A stretch of DNA of 32,000 nucleotides from Acaryochloris marina MBIC11017. Lineage in GTDB: Bacteria; Cyanobacteriota; Cyanobacteriia; Thermosynechococcales; Thermosynechococcaceae. Where the stretch lies: contig NC_009925.1 of assembly GCF_000018105.1 (NCBI RefSeq), positions 2,610,001 through 2,642,000 of the forward strand. The letters are read 5' to 3'. This document shows, in pieces, positions 16,312 to 25,021 of this stretch (the first letter of the stretch is position 1; each line of letters begins with the position of its first letter). The notes under the pieces were generated by a model. That model searched no databases and was not told where the DNA came from. It was given only the letters and a program-made list of their open reading frames with translations. Both the position numbers and the translations under genes were made by a program.

Positions 16312-18729
16312 ATGGATAGTCGTGATCCGCGCACTGAACATGTTGATGATGAATTTAAAAAACTAATTTCAAATATTGCCCGAGCCTTTGGACGTACCGC
16401 ACAAATTAAAGGACGGCGAGCGACCCACTCCTACGGCACCGTCGCCAAAGGGGTTTTGAAAGTTCTAGATACTCTAGATATCCCTCAACATCAAATATTT
16501 AGCGCAGGCAAACAATACCCGGTCTTACTACGCCACGCCAATATCAAAGGGTTCCGCGATGACGCCATCCTCGATGGGCGCGGTGCGACAGTCAGGGTCC
16601 TAGCGGGCGATGCCCAAGCGCCGCTATCGGATTTAAACCTAGATGAAGGCATTGTCGATATCCTGATGAGCACTGGACGCTCCTTTATTTTGGCAGAGGC
16701 GCTTTCCTTTGCTCGCTGGGCAGCAGGGCCCATGAAATCGCGAGCCGCCATGCTGCAGGAATTTCCCAAGATTGCACCCATCTTCCATGAAATTATTCGC
16801 GACCCAGACTCCTACACTCAACTCCACTACTATTCTGAGACAACCTACAGTTTTACTAGCCTCAATCAGCAGTCATTTTTTCTCCGATATCGCTTGGTTA
16901 ACCGCCAAAACCCATCTGCAGACACGGGATGGCTGAAGCCTGAAGAGGTGAAACTACCTTTAGATTACTTACCTCGCGTCGCCAGCGATACCCGTCCCGA
17001 GACCTATCTACAGGACGATTTTCGCCAACAGGTACGCAGTACAGGGGTCAGCTATCTACTGCAGATCCAACTGCAGCCCGTTTCTGATGATGCTGCAATG
17101 AATGAAACAGCCAAAGACTGCACGATTCCCTGGGAAGAAGAAGACCATCCGTTCCATGATGTTGCGGTGTTGGACTTGGGTAGCATTTTGCCCGATGAAC
17201 TCGCGGAAGCCTTGGAATTTAATCCCTATAATGCACCACCAGAATTGAGCTTAATTTTGGCGAAGACAGCGCGTGAAACAGCTTCTGTCAACCATCTTCG
17301 CTCTGTTGTCTATCAGATCTCTGCCAATATGCGTAAATATCAAACTCCTAGCTCCAGCCTAGTGGATTGGGGCAGCGGTCACCAGCCGTCCCTCCCTGAG
17401 CAATATCCTTATGGCACAGGCAAAACCCCGAGCTTCGATAATACAAAGCCCTTGCCCGCGAGAGTAAAGCCAAAACCACGCTACTGGGCCAACTTTGGCC
17501 TCAAACTGATTCCCAATCAACAGCTAGATCCTGATTTGCCTGAATTAGGTATTACAGGGGCCTTAGATCTGATGGGTACCAGTGTGGTTTCCTATATGCC
17601 GCCGAACCTAACCCGCACCCGATTGGATAAGTTTAGCGATGATTTCTTTGTAGAGCGCCGCCTGAATGGATTTAATCCAGGCAAACTCAACCGAGTGACG
17701 GGGCATGCCTGGCAATATCAGGTCTGCTACGATTGCAGCAAACACCAGGTGGAACCTGCGGGCATCCTTCCGACAAAAATTACAGCCCGGTTTAATTTCT
17801 GTGGACAATACTTGCATCCCCATTCCATTCAATTTACTCTGAACGGCCAAACAGAGACTCAGCAACCCGGTGATGAAAATTGGGAATGGAGTAAGCGCCT
17901 GTTCCGCTGCGCAGAATTCGTCTTCCAGGAGGCTCAATCTCATCTAGGACGAACCCACATGAACCTGGATCAGTACGCTATGGCGTATTACCGGAATGTG
18001 GTGAATAATCCCATTCGTTTACTGTTAGAACCCCATCTGGAAGGTCTCTTAAGTATCAATAAGCTAGGAGCCAACCTAATTAGTGGACCGACAGGCTTTA
18101 TTCCGGAAGCCTCCTCTCTAACACCAGAGAGCGTAGATGACGTTCTCAAAGATGAAATCAGTCACCTGAGTTATCATTGGACGCCCCATCGTCAAACCCT
18201 GCCCGATCGGGTACTGAACAACCATTATGATCCGGCTGCGATCGCAATGTGGAATCTCTTGACGCAGTATGTCAGGGAGTTCTTCGAAGACCATCAGGCA
18301 GGTATGGAGGAATACTGGTCTGAGATCCAAGCCATGTCCCACGATCTGGTCACTCACTCGATTCTCAAACCAGAATTAGGGACACTCGCCGTTCAAAACA
18401 ATGCTGACTTACAGCAGCTTTGTGTATACGTTATTTTCCTTAGCTCTTTCTTCCATTCATGGGTTAATAACAAGCAGTACGAAGACGGTGGCGATGTCAG
18501 CTATAGCACGATTGGCCTATGGGATACCCGCCATCCAAAGTATGATCCTCTACGCGTCGCTGAACGAGAAGCCAAACAGGTCACTCTCCTCTGGACACTT
18601 TCCCATGTCCGCTACAACCCCATTATGGATGTGGGACCAACAGCCCTTAAAAACTTACTTTGGCAACAGCGGCAGCACATTGAGCCAGGCATTCCCCTAG
18701 CCAATCTTATGATGAGCACCAATATCTAA
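16312..18729 (+). CDS. Fusion protein: catalase-related haem domain (allene-oxide-synthase-like) plus a PLAT-less lipoxygenase
   Basis: The N-terminal half carries RRATHSYGTVAKG, VLLRHANIKGFRDDAILDGRGATVRV and RSVVYQISANMR, which look like the catalase distal His, beta-barrel and proximal Tyr segments. The C-terminal half carries HLGRTH (H-x4-H), HSWVN (H-x3-N) and a C-terminal ...MSTNI ending in Ile, the lipoxygenase iron ligand. Confidence 0.85.
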   Translation: MDSRDPRTEHVDDEFKKLISNIARAFGRTAQIKGRRATHSYGTVAKGVLKVLDTLDIPQHQIFSAGKQYPVLLRHANIKGFRDDAILDGRGATVRVLAGDAQAPLSDLNLDEGIVDILMSTGRSFILAEALSFARWAAGPMKSRAAMLQEFPKIAPIFHEIIRDPDSYTQLHYYSETTYSFTSLNQQSFFLRYRLVNRQNPSADTGWLKPEEVKLPLDYLPRVASDTRPETYLQDDFRQQVRSTGVSYLLQIQLQPVSDDAAMNETAKDCTIPWEEEDHPFHDVAVLDLGSILPDELAEALEFNPYNAPPELSLILAKTARETASVNHLRSVVYQISANMRKYQTPSSSLVDWGSGHQPSLPEQYPYGTGKTPSFDNTKPLPARVKPKPRYWANFGLKLIPNQQLDPDLPELGITGALDLMGTSVVSYMPPNLTRTRLDKFSDDFFVERRLNGFNPGKLNRVTGHAWQYQVCYDCSKHQVEPAGILPTKITARFNFCGQYLHPHSIQFTLNGQTETQQPGDENWEWSKRLFRCAEFVFQEAQSHLGRTHMNLDQYAMAYYRNVVNNPIRLLLEPHLEGLLSINKLGANLISGPTGFIPEASSLTPESVDDVLKDEISHLSYHWTPHRQTLPDRVLNNHYDPAAIAMWNLLTQYVREFFEDHQAGMEEYWSEIQAMSHDLVTHSILKPELGTLAVQNNADLQQLCVYVIFLSSFFHSWVNNKQYEDGGDVSYSTIGLWDTRHPKYDPLRVAEREAKQVTLLWTLSHVRYNPIMDVGPTALKNLLWQQRQHIEPGIPLANLMMSTNI

Positions 18730-18788
18730 TGTTGGCTGCATAGTGAAGGCTGCAATAGTTTAACAGTAGCTAGAAAATCAAATTCATG

Positions 18789-18821
18789 GCCAACCAGGAT
18801 TAGTATTCAATCCTGGTTGGC
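18789..18821 (+). terminator. Hairpin downstream of the lipoxygenase fusion gene
   Basis: GCCAACCAGGATT (18789-18801), a 7-nt loop and AATCCTGGTTGGC (18809-18821) form a perfect 13-bp stem. The hairpin is 60 nt after the stop codon, and the 3' T-tract is weak (GTTATCTAGTCTT). Confidence 0.55.
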
Positions 18822-18937
18822 GTTATCTAGTCTTAACCTAAATTACCCAACGGGTTTAGATCGTCCACTGCAGCCAGCAGTTCAGGCATAGGGAAGCGTT
18901 AATCTGACTTGTCACGCTAAGTCTCCTGGGTTGTTAT

Positions 18938-20329
18938 CCCTCTTTTATCACTTTAGACAGATAAAAAATAGACTATTCTCAGTTTCTATTTTTCTAATGA
19001 GTGATGTCAGCTTCAAGAAGTCCAGAACCAACCATTGGCTTTGTTGATGAGTACTGCCAACTATTTGCAGAGTTATTTCCCCAAGTCCGCAGTTATGAAG
19101 CCTTCAAGCATCTCCATCTGGGGATGATTAGTGATATCAAACGTAAATCATTGCCCGCCATTGCAAGAGCAGTGGGCTTGGAGAACCATCAAAGCCTGCA
19201 TCATTTTCTGAGTGAATCACCTTGGGTAGCGTCACATTTGTCTGACAAGAGATTGGACATCATCTTGAAAATACTGGATGGGCGCAGGTTAATTCTATTG
19301 ATCGATGAGACGGGCGATTGCAAAAAAGGCAAGAGTACCGACTATGTGAAACGGCAGTATATCGGCAATGTGGGCAAGAAAGAGAATGGCATCGTCGCAG
19401 TCACTGCCTACGGGCTGTTTCAAGGGATGATTTTGCCTTTGTCCTTTGAAGTGTACAAACCCCGAGAACGTCTTAAAGAGGAGGATGAGTATCTCAGCAA
19501 ACCCCAAATTGCTGCTGGAATGATCCGACAGTTGCAAGGGATGGGCTTTTGCTTTGAGCTCGTCCTGGCTGACAGCTTGTATGGGGAAGCTCAAACAAAC
19601 TTTGTGAATGTCTTAGAGGAGTTAAAGCTGCCCTATATCCTAGCGATTCGTAGCAATCATGCGGTGTGGTTACCCGCAGAACAAGCAGTCTTTGCCGAAC
19701 CGTGGCAGTCATTTGAACGAACCTTCAGCAATGGCACCACTGAAACTCGTTACAGGCAAGAGATCATTTATGGCCAGCGACACCACCAGAAGCGCTATTG
19801 GCTATTAACCACGGACCCCCAAACGCTACCAGAGAACTCAACCTCTTATGTCATGGCAGCGGCACCCGAGATCAAGCTGGATGAAATTGGGGATTGCTAT
19901 GGCTTCAGAACTTGGATTGAGTATGGTCTCAAACAGTCTAAAGATACCTTGGGTTGGGCTGATTTTCGCATGACGCACTACGAACAAATTGAAAAGTGGT
20001 GGGAGATAGTGATGAGCGCTTTCTTGATGGTGAGTTTGTTCGCTGATGTCTTCAATGACTCTTGTCCAGTGGCACATCAACACTTTGCGCAGCATCCTTG
20101 GTGGGATAACCAAAACGGGTGGAAGAATCTGCTCAATAATGTGCGCTTGATCATTCAACCGTTAATCAGTTGGAATCTTCTAAAGCGCTGGTTAGAAGTC
20201 TTTCCCAGCCGTGCTTTGAAAAAGGGGTTTGAGCAACTCACATCAAAGATGGAGGCATTTTGCTGTCCACTGGTGAGGAAATTGCTCAAGCATCCTGATT
20301 TTCTCTCTGTCTAAAGTGATAAAAGAGGG
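18938..20329 (+). mobile_element. IS701-family insertion sequence, copy A (about 1392 bp)
   Basis: The terminal inverted repeats are CCCTCTTTTATCACTTTAGACAG (18938-18960) and CTGTCTAAAGTGATAAAAGAGGG (20307-20329). TTAT lies directly outside both ends. Confidence 0.85.
19001..20314 (+). CDS. IS701-family DDE transposase (copy A)
   Basis: 437 aa. The candidate DDE residues are in LILLIDETGDCKKG, ELVLADSLYGE and RTWIEYGLKQSK. The protein is identical to the one at 21483-22796. Confidence 0.85.
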   Translation: MMSASRSPEPTIGFVDEYCQLFAELFPQVRSYEAFKHLHLGMISDIKRKSLPAIARAVGLENHQSLHHFLSESPWVASHLSDKRLDIILKILDGRRLILLIDETGDCKKGKSTDYVKRQYIGNVGKKENGIVAVTAYGLFQGMILPLSFEVYKPRERLKEEDEYLSKPQIAAGMIRQLQGMGFCFELVLADSLYGEAQTNFVNVLEELKLPYILAIRSNHAVWLPAEQAVFAEPWQSFERTFSNGTTETRYRQEIIYGQRHHQKRYWLLTTDPQTLPENSTSYVMAAAPEIKLDEIGDCYGFRTWIEYGLKQSKDTLGWADFRMTHYEQIEKWWEIVMSAFLMVSLFADVFNDSCPVAHQHFAQHPWWDNQNGWKNLLNNVRLIIQPLISWNLLKRWLEVFPSRALKKGFEQLTSKMEAFCCPLVRKLLKHPDFLSV

Positions 20330-20415
20330 TTATACTGCGTACGACTTGCGGCTTAACATTGTAGTGGAGAGATTTGGCAGACTGGGAATATCCCTCAACC
20401 GACTCCCCTACTTGC

Positions 20416-21460
20416 ATGATTAAAATTGATTTCACCGCAGAGGAAATCCAACACCTCAATTACGAACGCTATCATCACCCTCACCCACGGGTGCAGCGAC
20501 GGATGGAAGTGCTCTACTTGAAAAGTCAGGGTCTTCCCCATGCCCAGATTTGTCAGCTTTGTCAGATTAGTCGTCCGACCTTAGCTAAAACCCTTCGTCT
20601 GTATCAACAAGGCGGAATTGAAGGGTTGAAAACCCTGGAATACAAAGGTCAATCCAGTTCACTCAACGCTCATAGCGATAGTGTGAGAGCCTATTTTGAG
20701 CAACACCCGCCCCGCACCAGTGCAGAAGCCCAAGCAGTCATTGAACAATTGACAGGTATTAAGCGTTCTCCAACCCAGATTCAAAGCCTTCCTCAAACGC
20801 ATTGGTTGTCGCTCTCGAAAAGTGGGGTATGTGCCGGGAAAGTCGAGTCTGCCCGAGAAAATTGAGGAGCAAGAGCAGTTTCGACAAACTCGCCTTGAAC
20901 CCTTATTAGAGGAAGCTCAACGCCAAGAGCGTCTTGTCTTTTTTGTGGATGCTGCTCATTTTGTTCACCGGGCTTATCTGGGGTTTCTCTGGTGCCTTCG
21001 TCGGATCTTCATCCCTTCTCCTTCTGGCCGTCAACGATTCAATGTTCTGGGTGCACTCAACGCTGTCACCAGTATCACCAACCACACCTACATCAACTCT
21101 CATAGCATGTGTCTGTTGCTAGCCAAGCTGGCACTACTCGACCCAGTCATACCCATCAGCGTCATTTTAGACAATGCCCGATATCAAAAATGCCAGCTGG
21201 TGACTGACTTTGCTGAGATCGTCGATATTGAGTTAGTCTATTTGCCCTCCTATTCACCCCATTTGAATTTGATTGAGCGGCTTTGGCGCTTTGTGCGCAA
21301 GGAATGTCTCTACTCGAAGTATTATTCGGATTTTCACTCTTTCAAAGGGGCCATTCAACAGTGCATTGACCAATGCAATACAGAGCATAAGGCGAAACTA
21401 ACCAGCCTGCTCTCACTCAAGTTTCAGTCTTTCCAGAAAGTTAATCTCTTAACCGTCTAG
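20416..21460 (+). pseudogene. IS630-family transposase, split over two frames (20416-20865 and 20822-21460)
   Basis: The N-terminal HTH is LKSQGLPHAQICQLCQISRPTLAKTLRLYQQGG. The catalytic part carries FFVDAAH, VILDNARYQK and PSYSPHLNLIERLW (D, D, E). The reading frame has to shift by +1 near 20776-20785 to give ...FKAFLKRIGCRSRKVGYVPGK. Confidence 0.75.
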
Positions 21461-21467
21461 AGTATAA

Positions 21468-22859
21468 CCCTCTTTTATCACTTTAGACAGAGAGAAAATC
21501 AGGATGCTTGAGCAATTTCCTCACCAGTGGACAGCAAAATGCCTCCATCTTTGATGTGAGTTGCTCAAACCCCTTTTTCAAAGCACGGCTGGGAAAGACT
21601 TCTAACCAGCGCTTTAGAAGATTCCAACTGATTAACGGTTGAATGATCAAGCGCACATTATTGAGCAGATTCTTCCACCCGTTTTGGTTATCCCACCAAG
21701 GATGCTGCGCAAAGTGTTGATGTGCCACTGGACAAGAGTCATTGAAGACATCAGCGAACAAACTCACCATCAAGAAAGCGCTCATCACTATCTCCCACCA
21801 CTTTTCAATTTGTTCGTAGTGCGTCATGCGAAAATCAGCCCAACCCAAGGTATCTTTAGACTGTTTGAGACCATACTCAATCCAAGTTCTGAAGCCATAG
21901 CAATCCCCAATTTCATCCAGCTTGATCTCGGGTGCCGCTGCCATGACATAAGAGGTTGAGTTCTCTGGTAGCGTTTGGGGGTCCGTGGTTAATAGCCAAT
22001 AGCGCTTCTGGTGGTGTCGCTGGCCATAAATGATCTCTTGCCTGTAACGAGTTTCAGTGGTGCCATTGCTGAAGGTTCGTTCAAATGACTGCCACGGTTC
22101 GGCAAAGACTGCTTGTTCTGCGGGTAACCACACCGCATGATTGCTACGAATCGCTAGGATATAGGGCAGCTTTAACTCCTCTAAGACATTCACAAAGTTT
22201 GTTTGAGCTTCCCCATACAAGCTGTCAGCCAGGACGAGCTCAAAGCAAAAGCCCATCCCTTGCAACTGTCGGATCATTCCAGCAGCAATTTGGGGTTTGC
22301 TGAGATACTCATCCTCCTCTTTAAGACGTTCTCGGGGTTTGTACACTTCAAAGGACAAAGGCAAAATCATCCCTTGAAACAGCCCGTAGGCAGTGACTGC
22401 GACGATGCCATTCTCTTTCTTGCCCACATTGCCGATATACTGCCGTTTCACATAGTCGGTACTCTTGCCTTTTTTGCAATCGCCCGTCTCATCGATCAAT
22501 AGAATTAACCTGCGCCCATCCAGTATTTTCAAGATGATGTCCAATCTCTTGTCAGACAAATGTGACGCTACCCAAGGTGATTCACTCAGAAAATGATGCA
22601 GGCTTTGATGGTTCTCCAAGCCCACTGCTCTTGCAATGGCGGGCAATGATTTACGTTTGATATCACTAATCATCCCCAGATGGAGATGCTTGAAGGCTTC
22701 ATAACTGCGGACTTGGGGAAATAACTCTGCAAATAGTTGGCAGTACTCATCAACAAAGCCAATGGTTGGTTCTGGACTTCTTGAAGCTGACATCACTCAT
22801 TAGAAAAATAGAAACTGAGAATAGTCTATTTTTTATCTGTCTAAAGTGATAAAAGAGGG
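21468..22859 (-). mobile_element. IS701-family insertion sequence, copy B (inverted relative to copy A)
   Basis: The terminal repeats are the same as in copy A (21468-21490 and 22837-22859). ATAA, the reverse complement of TTAT, lies directly outside both ends. Every internal ORF in every frame is identical to copy A. Confidence 0.85.
21483..22796 (-). CDS. IS701-family DDE transposase (copy B)
   Basis: The 437-aa product is identical to copy A. Confidence 0.85.
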   Translation of the reverse strand: MMSASRSPEPTIGFVDEYCQLFAELFPQVRSYEAFKHLHLGMISDIKRKSLPAIARAVGLENHQSLHHFLSESPWVASHLSDKRLDIILKILDGRRLILLIDETGDCKKGKSTDYVKRQYIGNVGKKENGIVAVTAYGLFQGMILPLSFEVYKPRERLKEEDEYLSKPQIAAGMIRQLQGMGFCFELVLADSLYGEAQTNFVNVLEELKLPYILAIRSNHAVWLPAEQAVFAEPWQSFERTFSNGTTETRYRQEIIYGQRHHQKRYWLLTTDPQTLPENSTSYVMAAAPEIKLDEIGDCYGFRTWIEYGLKQSKDTLGWADFRMTHYEQIEKWWEIVMSAFLMVSLFADVFNDSCPVAHQHFAQHPWWDNQNGWKNLLNNVRLIIQPLISWNLLKRWLEVFPSRALKKGFEQLTSKMEAFCCPLVRKLLKHPDFLSV

Positions 22860-23122
22860 ATAACTGCCATCCTTACTATCAGGAGATTTAGCGTGACAAG
22901 TTAAATATTAAGTCGAGAATTTTTACGTCTTTCTTATTGCAACTGATATCATCCAAGTTGTATTTATAAATACAGAAAACCACTTATAGATAGATTTCAT
23001 CAAGAGACATCTATATCATTTTTATTCATAGATAATACTATATTTCCCAGCGCTAACTCTCTATCTAAATTGCAACAAAAAGATTTTAGATTGAAGCTTT
23101 AGGGCTAGGAAATATCTAAATT

Positions 23123-24838
23123 TTAGATATTGATCCGCGATCTTAAATCTCGCAAATCATAACCAAGTGTTTTAAAGTTGTCACGCTCTCTCTTCAAGAT
23201 CGAAATAAACTCTCTAGGAATATCGTTTTCTTCATTCCTGGTTAAATATCCATGCTTGACATCGACCAAGATATTGACAATAAATAACTGAAATGCAGCA
23301 TCTTCAACAGAATAATCAATTGCTAGACGAGCATAATCAATTTCTCCACCATAGTTGGCTTGATTATCATTGCGCCAATCATGCCAAATCGTTGCATGAT
23401 AAATCGCATAAGCACAGGCTTGTTTGAGGTTCTCGATATCCTGTTCACCAGGATGAGTCATCGTTTCTGTGATTGGACTAATTGCCTTTTGATTCGCAGG
23501 TCTTTCGACGCTGACTTCATTATTATCAACATACTGTTCTCCATCTGTGATAGATGGAGGGACAAATGGAACGCTATGGTTTTCTAAATCTTTGGAGAAG
23601 TAATAAATTTCTTTCCAGTCTAATTTGATTTTGTCTTCATAAAGCGAAAAGAATTTATCAACGTATTCATTCAGAATATTCCAATATAGATTCTGAATTT
23701 TCGAATAGGAATGCTGGCCAGTAGAATTCACCTCACTTCTGGGCGACCAGTTCCTCCAATTACATTGGCCCAGATCATCTCTCATCACATCGATTAAAGA
23801 AGCTGAGTTGAGGGGGGAAAGTGCAAGGACTCCTTGATCTCCAAAGATAATATCTTTCCCAAACGTATTAATCGCAGAAACACTCTTTAAGTGGGGATGA
23901 AGAAGTTTAAGGATGGGACTTTTTTGAATATTCCGATAGAGGGCAATAGCATACTGCCCCACATTCAAATGCCCTCTGCCTAAATGTCCCTTAACCTGTC
24001 CATCAATAAACTCAGCAATGCGGAAATACAGCTTCGCTTGCTCCCACTTTGCCCCGTCTCCAGGCTCAGCCGAACCATCATCGACAAATTCAGGAGGGAA
24101 AGACGCAATTTTCCTTAGTTTCCATTCAATTTTTTGGGGAATCAACTGATCATTCCCATCTTTCACCATTGTTAAATGCACACTAGGTGCTTGATGAATT
24201 TCATCCCATCTATATTGATCTAAGTTGTAGCGAACATGAAATTGTCCATTGCTATCTTGGGTCATTAGCGCTGGTGCAAAACCATTTAAAGTTGCATCAA
24301 TAAAGAACTTATCATCTCTAGATGTACCGTTCTCGATGGTGAGGTTTTCTGGAAAAACAGTTTGCGCTGCTTCAATCGAACCCTGTTGTCCAGCATTCCG
24401 TCTTTTCAGCCCCCATGGGACTGATTTAAGCAGTATTTTACGAGTCTGTGATGCGACAAAATTCTGGGGAGAGGCAAAGATTCCTGCTCCTTCCGAACGT
24501 ATCAGTGGTACGGCATAATCGGGATCATATTCCCAGTCAGCGATCAAAATAGTGCCGAAATCATAGTCTCCTTCTACATTCCTAGGACCATCTTCCTCAT
24601 AAATCACATGAGGCTGACTTTGATAGTCCAATCGGATGACCTTAACGGTTAGATCGGGGGTATCACCAGCATCATCTGTATCATATTCAATGTTGAACTC
24701 GCCATTGTCGTTCGTTCTCCCTGAACCGACTAGGTCATCTAGCCCAAAATCTCGGTCCCAAATCTCAATTAATGTATCTCTAAAGGGCGATTGATCAAAT
24801 TGTCGAGAAATTTTGCCGGAAACCGTTTGCTTAACCAT
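23123..24838 (-). CDS. Lipoxygenase with a short N-terminal beta-sandwich-like domain
   Basis: HLGRGH (H-x4-H), HDWRN (H-x3-N) and a C-terminal ...RSRINI ending in Ile. It is a paralogue of the C-terminal half of the 805-aa fusion (GHLGRGHLNVGQYAIALYRNI versus SHLGRTHMNLDQYAMAYYRNV). Confidence 0.85.
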   Translation of the reverse strand: MVKQTVSGKISRQFDQSPFRDTLIEIWDRDFGLDDLVGSGRTNDNGEFNIEYDTDDAGDTPDLTVKVIRLDYQSQPHVIYEEDGPRNVEGDYDFGTILIADWEYDPDYAVPLIRSEGAGIFASPQNFVASQTRKILLKSVPWGLKRRNAGQQGSIEAAQTVFPENLTIENGTSRDDKFFIDATLNGFAPALMTQDSNGQFHVRYNLDQYRWDEIHQAPSVHLTMVKDGNDQLIPQKIEWKLRKIASFPPEFVDDGSAEPGDGAKWEQAKLYFRIAEFIDGQVKGHLGRGHLNVGQYAIALYRNIQKSPILKLLHPHLKSVSAINTFGKDIIFGDQGVLALSPLNSASLIDVMRDDLGQCNWRNWSPRSEVNSTGQHSYSKIQNLYWNILNEYVDKFFSLYEDKIKLDWKEIYYFSKDLENHSVPFVPPSITDGEQYVDNNEVSVERPANQKAISPITETMTHPGEQDIENLKQACAYAIYHATIWHDWRNDNQANYGGEIDYARLAIDYSVEDAAFQLFIVNILVDVKHGYLTRNEENDIPREFISILKRERDNFKTLGYDLRDLRSRINI

Positions 24839-25021
24839 GACATGAGGCAGTAGTTCTACATATTACTCATCATTTATATCCATGGTTTTTATGCATCATT
24901 ATCAAGAGTTAATACGTTAGAGTTTCTCGAATATTTCACAGGAGAACGTTATTTTTTAGGCATAAGCCTGACAGCATACTTGACACACTCGGGTAGGCGA
25001 ATTATGCATCTTTACATCAAC

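Larger units (their letters stand above)
18899..22912 (+). mobile_element. IS630-family element with an IS701-family insertion in each terminal inverted repeat
   Basis: The outer ends are inverted repeats: 18907-18929 ACTTGTCACGCTAAGTCTCCTG versus the reverse complement of ~22884-22905, ACTTGTCACGCTAAATCTCCTG. The central 20334-21463 encodes an IS630-type DDE transposase. The outer boundaries are approximate. Confidence 0.7.

Noticed and set aside
19295-20158. ORFs of 72-106 aa inside the IS701-family transposase gene, and their mirror images at 21639-22502.
   Set aside because: They are antisense or alternative-frame shadows duplicated only because the IS is duplicated.
24980-25008. TTGACA-N17-TATGCA, a sigma70-like promoter on the + strand that would read antisense into the ATP-grasp gene.
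   Set aside because: It is a single motif match in AT-rich DNA, there is no downstream + strand ORF, and I have no transcript evidence.
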